The notes beneath the pieces were generated by a model. That model saw only the letters and a list, made by a program, of their open reading frames with translations. It did not search any database and was not told the DNA's origin. Shown here piece after piece: positions 1 to 10,825 of a stretch of DNA of 64,000 nt (the first letter of the stretch is position 1; every line of letters starts with the position of its first letter). Location: assembly GCA_965218975.1 (NCBI GenBank), contig OZ244717.1, positions 1,024,001-1,088,000 of the forward strand, given 5' to 3'. This DNA is from Candidatus Oxydemutatoraceae bacterium (GTDB lineage Bacteria > Pseudomonadota > Gammaproteobacteria > Poriferisulfidales > Oxydemutatoraceae). The position numbers and the translations under genes were made by a program.

Positions 1-386
1 GTGATCGCCTCTGCGCCGCGAAAGAGATTGTGCATAAGTTCGGCGGCATCTGTGTTTTGAAGGGTTCGGGCACGATCATTTGTTCCAAGCGACACGCCGT
101 AGTATGTCCGCTTGGCAGTGCGGCGATGGCAACTGCTGGAATGGGTGACGTTCTCAGCGGTGTTGTTGCCGCTTTGCTCGCACAAAGCTTGCCGTCGACA
201 ACGTTTAAGACAGGAGCGAGCAATAATGCCACTGACTGGTTGTATACGGCGGTTCTGCGAGGAGTTTATTTGCATGCATTGGCGGCGGAGCGCGCTGCGG
301 GTTCACGTCGCCGCGGTGTTCTGGCAAGTGACTTGATGCCGCATCTGAGCGAGCAGTTTGAGAATGTCGGCTTATACAAATATTAA
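1..386 (+). CDS. nnrD: NAD(P)H-hydrate dehydratase (YjeF C-terminal/NnrD), 5' end outside window
   Basis: VLKG..T, ATAGMGDVLSG and YLHALAAE motifs; frame open from position 3; canonical position before tsaE-amiB-mutL. Confidence 0.9.
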   Translation, partial: DRLCAAKEIVHKFGGICVLKGSGTIICSKRHAVVCPLGSAAMATAGMGDVLSGVVAALLAQSLPSTTFKTGASNNATDWLYTAVLRGVYLHALAAERAAGSRRRGVLASDLMPHLSEQFENVGLYKY

Positions 387-388
387 AT

Positions 389-871
389 ATGAATGTGTTG
401 TCAACATCATCGGCCAAAGCAACACAATCTGCCGGCCAAGATTTTGCCGCGCTAATCAATAGCCGCATACTACCGCTAACGATCTGGTTGATCGGCGAGA
501 TTGGCAGCGGTAAAACTACTTTTGCGCAAGGTTTGATTAGTGGAATGGGTTGGAGCGGGCGGGTTAAGAGTCCGACCTACAGTTTGGTGGAGTCATACGA
601 TACTCCGCAAGCGCCTATCTTCCATTTTGATTTGTATCGAATTAAAGATGCCAACGAGTTGGAGAATATCGGGATTCGTGATTATTTTTCTCAAACCGTA
701 CTGATATTGATTGAGTGGGCGGATTTAATGTGCGAAGTATTACCCTCGCCGGATATGTTATTGCACTTTGCATATCCGGCTCATCCCACTAATAATATGT
801 CGAGTAGAGATATTGCTTTTATCGGCAAAAGCGCCGTCGGGCAAAAATTAATTACACAAATAAAATGGTGA
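389..871 (+). CDS. tsaE: tRNA threonylcarbamoyladenosine biosynthesis ATPase TsaE
   Basis: GEIGSGKT P-loop, VKSPTYSLVESY, HFDLYR, IEW motifs; synteny. Confidence 0.96.
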   Translation: MNVLSTSSAKATQSAGQDFAALINSRILPLTIWLIGEIGSGKTTFAQGLISGMGWSGRVKSPTYSLVESYDTPQAPIFHFDLYRIKDANELENIGIRDYFSQTVLILIEWADLMCEVLPSPDMLLHFAYPAHPTNNMSSRDIAFIGKSAVGQKLITQIKW

Positions 872-2196
872 AACGCTATCGCACATTGATTGTTATATGT
901 ATATGCGCACTTGCGTTTCCGGCGACTGTGGCGGGCGTTGAATTAAAAGGCGTGACCGTAACCGATGACGACCGCATTACTCGCATCGTGGTGCAGTTGG
1001 ATAAACCTGCGGATTACCGGGCGTTCCTATTGAAAAACCCTCCGCGTTTAGTGATTGATTTGCTGAATACGGTTAACGTAGCCGCTAGATTGACCGAAAG
1101 GAGCAAGAATGTCGAACGGTTGCGCCATGCGTTGCATCCTGAACAAATCTACCGTTTGGTGTTCGATTTGCCCGGTGCGGTAACTTATCAACATCAAGCC
1201 GTGGTTATTCAACCCGCGGCAGCTGTCGGTTATCACGTTATTTTGGAAATGCGCCTTGTTTCCCAAGGTGTGCCTTCAGCCGTTGAGCAACCGTCCGTCG
1301 AGACCAAGCCTTCGGTTGATCTGCGCGACGCGGTGATTGTGATTGATCCCGGGCATGGCGGCAAAGATTCGGGCGCGATCGGTAAGGCCGGAAGCTACGA
1401 AAAACATGTTGTTCTTGAAGCGTCAAAACGACTCCGCCGGATGTTGGACGCTCAATTCGGAATTCGATCGTATCTGACTCGCAGTAATGACCGCTATATT
1501 TCTTTGCGTGAGCGGATAAAAATTGCCCGTCGTCATTCTGCCGATGTGTTTATTTCAATTCATGTGGATTCCTTGCCCGAACATAAAGACGTGAGAGGTG
1601 CGGCGGTGTACATGCTTTCGGGCGGGAGTGCATCAAGTGAAGCGGCACGGTGGCTCGTACAGCGGCACAGTGCGGATCGCTTTGTCGATGGAGCAAGTAT
1701 CAGAAATAAAGACAGAGCGCTCGCGTTGATTTTGATGGATTTTTCTCAAACTGCAATTATGGAACACAGTAAACAGCTTGCCCGGAAGATATTAGATACT
1801 TTAGCTCGCAAGACCTTATTGCGCACGCGTAAAATTGAATCGGCCGGGTTTGCCGTATTGACTTCACCGGATATTCCTTCGCTTTTGATCGAATTGGGTT
1901 ATCTCTCCAATGCAGAGGATGAGCGTCGATTAAACAATGCCGCTTATCAGAAGATTTTAATACAAGCGGTAGCGGAAGGCATCCGAAATTATTTGCAAGC
2001 GTATGCGCCGTCATCTAGTTGGTTTCAGCGATACACGTTTGAAAAATATACCGTTCAAGCGGGTGATTCGCTATGGGCGCTCGCGCGTCGTAATCAAGTG
2101 AATGTCGACACAATCAAACAAGTCTCCGGCGTTGCGTCGGAACGTATTTTTGTCGGACAGCGACTATTATTACCCGTCAAAAAAAACTTTCAATAA
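865..2196 (+). CDS. amiB: N-acetylmuramoyl-L-alanine amidase (signal peptide, AMIN, Amidase_3, LysM)
   Basis: IDPGHGG, E, SIH, LIELGYLSN catalytic motifs; C-terminal YTVQAGDSLW LysM; between tsaE and mutL. Confidence 0.9.
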   Translation: MVKRYRTLIVICICALAFPATVAGVELKGVTVTDDDRITRIVVQLDKPADYRAFLLKNPPRLVIDLLNTVNVAARLTERSKNVERLRHALHPEQIYRLVFDLPGAVTYQHQAVVIQPAAAVGYHVILEMRLVSQGVPSAVEQPSVETKPSVDLRDAVIVIDPGHGGKDSGAIGKAGSYEKHVVLEASKRLRRMLDAQFGIRSYLTRSNDRYISLRERIKIARRHSADVFISIHVDSLPEHKDVRGAAVYMLSGGSASSEAARWLVQRHSADRFVDGASIRNKDRALALILMDFSQTAIMEHSKQLARKILDTLARKTLLRTRKIESAGFAVLTSPDIPSLLIELGYLSNAEDERRLNNAAYQKILIQAVAEGIRNYLQAYAPSSSWFQRYTFEKYTVQAGDSLWALARRNQVNVDTIKQVSGVASERIFVGQRLLLPVKKNFQ

Positions 2197-2217
2197 CCGG
2201 CAAGCACGTTTCCATAT

Positions 2218-3027
2218 TCAACGATACGTAATATCGAATCGGTTGTAACATTGGGCATATTTTAGTGCGTTTGAGGCATCGTGAATCAATCGGGTTTGCT
2301 CAAAGCGGCAGTGCGACAGATCATCTGTGCATCTTTCGGTTAAGGTATAAAAGTCACTATTTCCAAGAAATTGCTGCGATACCGTTAAATAAAGTCGATT
2401 AAGCCGCTTTGCGGCTAACATGGAGATAAGCAGTTTGGGGCCTGCAATCAGAAATATTTTACGACATTTGGCTTTTCTCAATAGCGGTATCAGACGACTT
2501 GCTTCCACTGCTTGCTCGCCGCCGATTTCAACACGGTAGCCTTTATCCCGCCACTCTCGAATGCGCCGCGTGTCGCTTTGACGAGCAGCAACGATCAGAG
2601 TTCGTTGCTTATTCAGATCCGTAGGTTCGGGAAACTGTAAACTTGTGCTGCAGATCGCGACAAAATATGATTCCGGCAGTCCTTGTTGTTGACGCCAATG
2701 AATTAAATTGTCGTTTTGCGCGGGGTGTGCCGGATGTAGAACATTACCCAAAGCGCCGATAGCCCGCGCGCGTAAATAACCGCCATGTGTCACAATGCAA
2801 TCGGCATGTGCGCGTAGTTCCAAAAAAAGCCGGAAATCATTTTTATTGGACAAGCGGCTAGGCACTTTGCTGTCGGTTCCCCTGCCGACAGCAATGCGCC
2901 CGTCGAGGCTAGTCAGGAAGCTGCCGTACACAAAAGTTCCTGTTAATGGGAAAGATTCGTTCAAATACAAGCCTTGCACCGAATCAAAGGCTTCATATTC
3001 GGGATAAAGCTGAACTATTTTTTTCAT
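2218..3027 (-). CDS. RibD C-terminal / dihydrofolate-reductase-fold protein
   Basis: FLTSLDGRIA, LRAHADCIV, AGPKL..L...LNRLYLT motifs typical of the RibD_C reductase fold; no deaminase domain. Confidence 0.8.
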   Translation of the reverse strand: MKKIVQLYPEYEAFDSVQGLYLNESFPLTGTFVYGSFLTSLDGRIAVGRGTDSKVPSRLSNKNDFRLFLELRAHADCIVTHGGYLRARAIGALGNVLHPAHPAQNDNLIHWRQQQGLPESYFVAICSTSLQFPEPTDLNKQRTLIVAARQSDTRRIREWRDKGYRVEIGGEQAVEASRLIPLLRKAKCRKIFLIAGPKLLISMLAAKRLNRLYLTVSQQFLGNSDFYTLTERCTDDLSHCRFEQTRLIHDASNALKYAQCYNRFDITYR

Positions 3028-3404
3028 AATAAAGGCTGCCGAACTTAGTCAGGGATCAGTTCAACTAATCAAAGGAGCACAATAACCTTACTATTGCCAA
3101 TATATTCTCATGCAAGGCATAATAACTAAAAACTGCTGAGCAAACTTATTTTAATTGCAGTGAAAACTGCTGTATTTCAGGATGCCAAATGCTTAAAATT
3201 AAGTACTTTCATCAAAGTAAGTTATGCCGAGCTTTGTTCCGCGACGATGTCGGTTGGTTAATAATGCAAACATCTGCGCAACAGTACGGTGGGGAGAAAT
3301 AGCGGTTTGGTGTCGCAGCGGCAAAGCATATCTAATACGGTGATGTTAGGGAAAAGGAGTTGGTATTAATGCGTATTTTTCAGATTGAAACGAATATTTA
3401 GCCA

Positions 3405-5192
3405 ATGGCGATTCAGCAACTTCCACCGCAATTAATTAATCAAATTGCCGCCGGAGAGGTCATTGAACGCCCCGCTTCCATTGTGAAGGAGTTGGTTGAA
3501 AATAGTCTTGATTCCGGAACGGATAGTATCCGTATTGAGATTGAGCAGAGCGGCATTAAACGAATTCGCGTCAGTGATACCGGTTGTGGAATTGCCAAAG
3601 ATGAATTGGCGCTCGCACTGTCACGTCATGCAACTAGTAAGATCGGCAGTCTTAGCGATTTGGAATCCATACGAGATTTTGGTTTTCGTGGTGAAGCATT
3701 GCCGAGTATCGCATCGATTTCGCGCCTAAAACTGATCTCACGTACTGCGACGGAGCGTAGCGCTTGGATGCTGAGTGTTTGCGGCGACGATATGATGGGC
3801 GATCCCCAACCGATTGCCGGGGCGATAGGTACGACAGTTGAAGTGTCGGATATTTTCTTTAATGTTCCGGCCCGCCGCAAATTTTTAAAAACGGAGCGGA
3901 CCGAATTTCAGCACATACAGAGTTGGCTGGCAAAATTAGCGCTTGCGCGCGTTGATGTTGCATTTGAGTTTAAGCACAACGGTAAGGAAGTATTCTGTTT
4001 TCCAGGGGAAAAAGACGTGCGCCACGTTGAAATCAGATTGCAAAAAATATTGGGAGCCAGATTTACTGAACAATCGGTTTGGTGTGAGCAGACAAGCGAT
4101 GGAATGTCGCTTTGCGGTTGGTTGGGACTCCCGACTTTGGCGCGCAGCCAGCCGGATATGCAATATATTTATGTTAACAACCGGGCGGTTCGCGATAAAA
4201 CTTGCGCACATGCCGTGCGTCAAGGATACCGCGATGTCTTGTATCATGATCGCCAACCTTGTTATGTTTTGTACCTCAACATTGATCCGCATCTAATTGA
4301 TGTTAATGTGCATCCGGCAAAGCTTGAAGTACGGTTTTCCAGACAGAATTTCGTGCATAGTTTTATCAGCCGGGTAGTGGAAGAGACCATCGCCGCGATT
4401 CGACCGGACAGCGAAAAAATGCAATCGGCGGAACATTATCGCCGCTTAGTCAATGAAAATCCCTCGGTTAGCGCCGCCGCGGCGTATTCGGCACGAAGTT
4501 CAGGGAAAACCGCCTCCCTTCATTTGCTGCAATCGTCTGTTCCGCGGGCAAACGCAAGCGCTGCTCCGGCAGCCTTGATATCAGCGGGCGTGGAAGAAAC
4601 CGATCAGCAATTACCGCTAGGCTTTGCGGTTTGCCAATTGCACCAAATCTACATCGTCGCGCAAAATAGCGAGGGAATGATTTTGGTTGATATACATGCG
4701 GCGCATGAACGCATCACTTATGAACGACTGAAAAATGCTTATCATAAAGAAGGCATCCGTTCGCAGCCTTTGCTAGTCCCGATAACACTGACAGTTAATG
4801 AGAAAGAAGTGGAAATTTGCGCACAGTATCAAACGCAGTTGAAAGCGTCCGGTTTTGAAATTGATGCGTTGGGTAAAGATACTTTGGTTGTTCGTCGAGT
4901 GCCGACATTGCTGACATCTGCCGATGTTGAGAAAATGGTGCGTGATTTATTATCAGACATCATTGAGCACGGTGCTTCAAAACGCGTCGAGTCGGACATC
5001 AATGCGTTACTATCTTCAATGGCTTGCCATGGATCGGTACGTGCCAATCGCCGATTGACGATACCTGAAATGAATGCTTTGCTGCGCGATATCGAAGAGA
5101 CCGAACGTAGCGGTCAATGTAATCATGGTCGCCCGACATGGGTCTTGCTGAGTATTGATCAACTTGATAAACTTTTTTTACGTGGTCGCTAG
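3405..5192 (+). CDS. mutL: DNA mismatch repair protein MutL
   Basis: NQIAAGEVIERPASIVKELVENSLD, GFRGEAL, endonuclease motif DIHAAHER, CHG and CNHGRP. Confidence 0.98.
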   Translation: MAIQQLPPQLINQIAAGEVIERPASIVKELVENSLDSGTDSIRIEIEQSGIKRIRVSDTGCGIAKDELALALSRHATSKIGSLSDLESIRDFGFRGEALPSIASISRLKLISRTATERSAWMLSVCGDDMMGDPQPIAGAIGTTVEVSDIFFNVPARRKFLKTERTEFQHIQSWLAKLALARVDVAFEFKHNGKEVFCFPGEKDVRHVEIRLQKILGARFTEQSVWCEQTSDGMSLCGWLGLPTLARSQPDMQYIYVNNRAVRDKTCAHAVRQGYRDVLYHDRQPCYVLYLNIDPHLIDVNVHPAKLEVRFSRQNFVHSFISRVVEETIAAIRPDSEKMQSAEHYRRLVNENPSVSAAAAYSARSSGKTASLHLLQSSVPRANASAAPAALISAGVEETDQQLPLGFAVCQLHQIYIVAQNSEGMILVDIHAAHERITYERLKNAYHKEGIRSQPLLVPITLTVNEKEVEICAQYQTQLKASGFEIDALGKDTLVVRRVPTLLTSADVEKMVRDLLSDIIEHGASKRVESDINALLSSMACHGSVRANRRLTIPEMNALLRDIEETERSGQCNHGRPTWVLLSIDQLDKLFLRGR

Positions 5193-5442
5193 AATTATCT
5201 GATCTTCCTTTCTTTGGGAACGGCTCCAAGAAGTTTTAAGATTTTTAATTTGATGTCTCCTGTCGAAGCGGAATCTACCAATCTCGATCGTAATACGTAT
5301 CGGTAAGCGTCAAGTTATTCAATTATTCGACGATCCGCGGCAACGTTCATGGATGTATAGGGGTTGAACATCCCACTCGGATATACCGAGCTGAAACTAT
5401 GGGTTGCGGCAACCTGAATTATCGGGGAGGAGGCAAGACTGA

Positions 5443-8400
5443 TTACGCCTCGCCCGCCTGATTATACGCAAGACTGAACACAGCATTGCTCATCCATCGC
5501 TTAAAGCTCTCGTTGTCCATAAACTGCCTGAACAGTTCGGTGTCGTCCTTCACGAGTGAGGTCATCACGTGTAACAACGCCTTGTCGTGTTCAATGCGGG
5601 CGTTCTCACGATCGGAGTTTTTCCGGGCATTGCGGAAGGCGGTGTCCACGGCGACGCGAGTGGGAATGGTCTCGGTGATGAGCTGTCGCACGCGGTCGGC
5701 GTCCTCCCACCGGATGTCGCCGGACAGATCGTTGAACTCCCTGATGATGTTCGAGAGCCGATCCATCTCAGGTTCGGGGTGGTAACCGCCTCCGGCAGGT
5801 GGCACCGGTTCGATTTCAGCGTCCTGGTCAGGTAACATGATTTGTTGCATCGCCTGCTTCTCAACCCGATAGCTGTCTAAGTCAATAGCGTCCAAGATGC
5901 CTTTGGACAGGTCGTCTTCCTTGGGGGCAGGTAGCTTCAAGATCAGAAAATTCAGGAAGATTGAGCGCTTCTCCCAGCTGGCATTGTTATAAGGCAGGAC
6001 CGACGACAGAAAGGCATAGGTCCGCACGAACGCCTTGGCGTTGCCCTTGAACTGCACCTGACCGTCTTCGTCCAGGTCGCGCAGATAGACCGCCACGCAG
6101 GCGTCGAGGATCGGGTCGAGCCGGTTGCGTTCGGCGTCGTTCAGGTAGCATCGCACGAAATCTTCAATCTGCTCGTTGGAATACACCTGGACGCGATCCA
6201 GATCCGCCTGCAGGTCGTGTAGCTTATTGGGGTCGGTCTCGTCGGCCAGGATCGTTGCGCGGTAGAAATCTGCGAACGCGTCGCGGATCGTATCGGCGTC
6301 GTTCAGAAAATCAAGCACGAACACGTCGTGCTTCTTGAGGTGAGCCCGGTTGAGTCGCGACAACGTTTGCACCGCCCTGATATCCGAGAGCGTCTTGTCC
6401 ACGTACATCGTGTGCAACAGCGGTTCGTCGTAGCCGGTCTGGAACTTGTCGGCGCAGACTAGGAAGCGGTACGGGTCTTCTTGGAACCGCTCGGTGATCC
6501 TGGCGGAAGGAAAGCCGTTCAGCGATGCCTCGCTGACCCTTGATCCGCCGTGCTCGTGCTCGCCTGAGAATGCGACTAGGGCCTGATAGCGGCTCTTACA
6601 CTCTTGCAGGTAGTTCCGAATGGCATAAAAGTACCGGATCGCGTGATTGATACCGTTGGTGACCACCATCGCCCGCGCTTCGCCGCCGATCTTTTTTTGG
6701 GCCAGCACTTGTTCGCGGAAATGATCGACCATGATCTCAGCCTTGAGACGGATTGCGTGGTCGCTGCCCTCCACGAAACGCCGCAGCTTCTTCTGCGCTT
6801 TGCTGGCGTCGAACTCCGGGTCGTTCTCCACTGTCTTAGCAAGCCTGTAATAGCTATTCACCGGCATGTAGTGGGCGAGCACGTCGAGGATAAATTTCTC
6901 CTGAATCGCCTGCTTCATGGTGTAGCTGTGGAAGGCATGATGCTTCACGGCGCCATCCGGCTGCGGGTCCGGGGTGCCGAAGATCTCCAACGTTTTGTTC
7001 TTGGGCGTGGCGGTAAACGCAAAGTAGCTGGCGTTGGGGAGCAGCTTGCGCGACTCCATCAGGCGGTTGATCTGATCCTCGTAGGTCTCCTCTTCGCTTG
7101 CTCTGCCGCCCGGCGACAGCGACTGTGCCATAGCTGCGCTGGTTCGCCCGCCCTGGCTGGAGTGTGCCTCGTCAATTATGATCGCGAAGCTGCGTCCGCG
7201 CTGCTCGTTGCCGATCTTGTCGAGGACGAACGGGAACTTCTGCAGCGTGGAGATGATGATCTTCTTGCCGCTCTCAATGAATTTGCGCAGGTCGTCCGCG
7301 TGCTTCGCGTGCCCACCGTTGATCCCACTTGGGTGTACTGCCGAATCGTATCGCAGATCTGCCGGTCAAGGATACGGCGGTCGGTAACCACGATGATTGA
7401 ATCGAACACCGGGGTGCCGTCTCTGGCCAGCCCGATCAGTTGGCGGGCAAACCACGCGATGGAATTGCTCTTGCCGCTGCCGGCCGAATGTTGGATCAGG
7501 TAGCGCCGACCCGCGCCGTGAGTGCCGACGTCGGTCAGCAGGCGGCGCACCACGTCGAGTTGGTGGCAGCGCGGCCAGATCTGAGTGCGCTTCTTTTTGC
7601 CGGTTTTCTCGTCCTTCGCCTCCACTACCTGAGCGTAGTTTTCCAGGATGTCGGTCAGGCTCTCGCGGGTCAGCACTTTGTGCCACAGGTAGTCGGATGC
7701 CAGCCCGTTCGGATTGGGCGGATTACCTGCGCCGTCATTCCAGCCGCGGTTGAAGGGCAAGAACCAAGACGCCTTCCCATTGAGATGGGTGCAGAATTGT
7801 ACCTCGCGCTCGTCTACGGCGAAGTGCGCTACGCAGCGGCCAAGCTTAAACAGCCTCTCGCGCGGGTTGCGGTCTCGTTGATACTGCAATACCGCATCGC
7901 CTGCCGTTTGCTTAGTAAGGTTGTTCTTGAGTTCGAAGGTGAACACCGGCAGTCCGTTAATGAATAGCCCGATGTCCAGCGCCCGCTGTGCTTCGTTACG
8001 GCTGTAGCGTAGCTGCCGGCTGACGGTGAAACGGTTTTGCTCGAACCGTTCCTGTGCCTGCTGATTACCGGGCGAGGGTGTGCCGTAGAACAGATTCAGG
8101 TGCTGTGCTCCATGCTTGATTCCTTGGCGTAGCGCGTCAATGGTGCCGCGCTTGGAGATTTCATCTTGCAGCCGCGCCAAGAACCGGCGTCGCGTGGGTC
8201 CGTCCTCGGAAAGCGCCAACGATTCGGCGGCTTCCGGCTGAGTGGCGCACAGGAAAGCCGCAAGTTGGGCCAGATCAACACAGTGCTCGCGGTCGTAATC
8301 ATTGGAGTTGCCGCCGCTCCAGCCCACACCACCGTAGCGGGTGGGCGGCCTGGCCACGGTGCGTGTCGCCACCGGATCGCAGGGATGGCCTGCCAGCGCC

Positions 8401-8447
8401 GTGCAGATGAGGCGTTCGAGACTGCGTTCGGAAGTGTCTGTAGCCAT
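5443..8447 (-). pseudogene. hsdR: Type I restriction endonuclease subunit R, split by a 1-bp frameshift near 7312
   Basis: N-part has D..FELKN nuclease motif and HSAGSGKS Walker A. After STVG the shifted frame reads HAKHADDLRKFIESGKKIIISTLQKFPFVLD...IIIDEAHSSQ straight into ORF 5443-7131 (FTATP, KFQTGYDEP, QTLSRLNR). Confidence 0.88.
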
Positions 8448-8550
8448 TCTATCAAGTGCCCGTCAAGTAAAAACGACTCTCATAAGTTACTGATTATCTT
8501 GGCCTTTCTTTGATTCCACAGGACGAAATACCTCTGCAGCAACTATCTGA

Positions 8551-8814
8551 TCAAGTAACGGTCAAGCTCTCTTTCTTCGCCCACCACGGCACATATCGCT
8601 TCCACTTAGGGGCCGCATTGGGATCGTTAGGCATTATAGCGCCTTCATCAATCGCTTCTGTGATCAGTCGCGAAGCCTGCGCGCTGTTGCGTGCCGCAAT
8701 GCGAAATCGTCCCCGAACCGAGGCATTGGTCACGTATTCCCGGTTCACATATCGCAGGCAGGCATGAAAATACGTAGCGCGCACTCTCTCTGTTTTGTCC
8801 ATGTTTGACAGCGG
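8551..8814 (-). pseudogene. C-terminal winged-helix tail of an AlbA_2/HATPase_c_4-type protein (fragment)
   Basis: PLSNMDKTERVRATYFHACLRYV...TNASVRGRF...ASRLI...YVPWWA resembles the conserved C-terminus of that family; rest of gene absent. Confidence 0.6.
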
Positions 8815-9527
8815 TCAATCATGCGTAATCCTGCCACATCGGCACCCGCTTCTATGTATCGATCATAATTCGTCGTAAAGAGATGTAAGCGTTCACGGGT
8901 GCCTGATCGGCTGGCGAAACTCATTAGAAAGCTGACGAGATAGTTGAAAGCTTGCTCACGTTTCTCATGTTCTGCCGAGACAAGGTTGCGCTCCCCTTCT
9001 AAGAGTGAAGCAGTAAACGATTGGATTGCTTTTGCCAGCCCTTCTCGCAAGGATGAGATTTGCGTGCGTTCTGGAGCATCGTCCGACTTCTTGGAAGCGA
9101 TTATCTCCAAGCCACGGAATAACTCGTTCGCTACTCGAATCTGATCCTCGAAGTTTCCGCTCTGGCGTCGTGTGGTTTCCGCAATCCGCTTTGCCTCTGC
9201 CGCGATTTCATCATCAAAAACACCAAACCGGATGGTTTCCATCCCTGGTAGTTCCTTATCCATTGCTATTCCATGAACAGCGTGGGTGAGACCCGAGCCG
9301 ATGAGTAAAGAAAGGTGTTCAGATTGAACAAGCGCGGTCAGCCACGGCTCAATGCGAGGTCAAAGCTTCTCAGGGCCAATATCGTCGCGATCAGTTGCCC
9401 ACGAGCACGTTGCCTTGTTTGATAACTTGAATGGTTGTTCTGACAACGAGTCGGCTCGGTCCATGAGAACTATCGAGTGGTCATCCCGCGATTTGAGAAT
9501 TTGTTGGTGACCTTGTTTCGCTATCAT
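8815..9527 (-). pseudogene. SIR2-like (SIR2_2) protein, N-terminal part only, with in-frame stop
   Basis: ATG 9527 with GGAGGTG RBS; LSLLIGSG and LHLFTTNYD motifs; in-frame TGA at 9360-9362; homology ends at about 8815. Confidence 0.7.
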
Positions 9528-9643
9528 GCTTCACCTCCTAATAGCTTCCCTGTTTCTCTCTAGAGTCAGGATGTCGGCACGGATTCCTTCCAGCGTGCGC
9601 ATCGGTTGCGGCTGGCAGCCGGGAAAGGATTTGAAGCAGGAGA

Positions 9644-10825
9644 TCATGTGTTAGCCTCCGGCTCGGTATCGTGGAAAAGGCCAATATAGTCCCGATACAT
9701 GAACCTCCGGTTGCGGGTCTGACCGGTGAATTCGTGCAGGATGCCGCAATTGGCCATCCGCGCAACGAGATTGTTTGCCGCGGTGTAGGTTATTCCGGTC
9801 AGGCGCTGCACGCTACTTACCGATACGATCGGGTATTCATAGATATATTCCAGCACACGATGGCCGTTGGCGGCGGCGCGGCCGAAGTTGTCGGTGATCA
9901 CACGACGGTGTTCTTCACGGAGAACGAGTATTTGCCTCGCTGTGTCGGTTGCCTGTTTGCTCACCTCCACAACCCCACGCAGGAAAAAGGTGAGCCACCG
10001 TTCCCACGTTCCGGCGTCACGCACCGATTGCAGTTCGTCGTAGTATTGCTGCCGGTGCTGTTTGAAGAACCAGGAGAGGTAGAGAACCGGTTTTTGTAAC
10101 ACCTCCCGCTCGCAGAGTAAAAAGGTGATGAGCAGCCGCCCTACGCGCCCATTGCCATCCAAGAAGGGGTGGATCGTCTCGAACTGGCCATGGGCGAGTC
10201 CGATTTTGACCAGTAGAGGCAGGTCGGTCTCGGCGTGGATGAATCGTTCCAATTGCGACATATCCTCCGCGACCTGATGGGGCGGAGGCGGGACGAAGAG
10301 AGCTTCATGCAGCGTACAGCCGGCAGGCCCGGTCCAGTTCTGGCTGCTCCGCAGTTCGCCGGGCGTGAGATGAGAACCTCGCGTGCCTTGGAGAAGTTTG
10401 GCATGGATTTCACGGATCAGTTGGATTGAAACCGGTATTTCAGACAACCTTTTTAGACCGTGATTCATGGCATTGACATAGTTCACCACTTCGCCTACGT
10501 CGTTTGCTCGATTCGGAGTGAATATTCTCGCTTCAGCTGCCAGCAGATCCTGCAGCGAGCTTTGCGTCCCCTCAATCTGGCTCGACAGCACGGCTTCCTT
10601 GCGGACGTACATGAGAACAAATAAATCCGGATGAGGTAGTGTTTGTATGGACCCGTCAAGACGACCCAGGGCGCGGTCGGCCTGAGAAAGCAGCACTTGC
10701 AACTCTCCAGTGATTTTGACGGGCGAATCAGGCGGCAAAGGCGTCGGAATGAAGGCTCGGTAACCGTCTCGCTGTTGCCTGTACGTCCCTGCGCGAGCAG
10801 TATAATCGTTTTGGTAGTCGGTCAT
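9644..10825 (-). CDS. Fic family protein (Fic_N, Fic, C-terminal HTH)
   Basis: Canonical HPFLDGNGRVGR motif; inhibitory SSQIEGT helix. Confidence 0.93.
   Translation of the reverse strand: MTDYQNDYTARAGTYRQQRDGYRAFIPTPLPPDSPVKITGELQVLLSQADRALGRLDGSIQTLPHPDLFVLMYVRKEAVLSSQIEGTQSSLQDLLAAEARIFTPNRANDVGEVVNYVNAMNHGLKRLSEIPVSIQLIREIHAKLLQGTRGSHLTPGELRSSQNWTGPAGCTLHEALFVPPPPHQVAEDMSQLERFIHAETDLPLLVKIGLAHGQFETIHPFLDGNGRVGRLLITFLLCEREVLQKPVLYLSWFFKQHRQQYYDELQSVRDAGTWERWLTFFLRGVVEVSKQATDTARQILVLREEHRRVITDNFGRAAANGHRVLEYIYEYPIVSVSSVQRLTGITYTAANNLVARMANCGILHEFTGQTRNRRFMYRDYIGLFHDTEPEANT

Noticed and set aside
7300-7325. Programmed frameshift or phase variation in hsdR
   Set aside because: No slippery heptamer or long homopolymer at the site; a simple 1-bp loss or sequencing error is more likely
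6604-7503. Long antisense ORFs (e.g. 6604-7503, 13268-14638, 19935-20756, 51360-52502, 54107-54955)
   Set aside because: Shadow frames opposite well-supported genes, with no recognisable motifs
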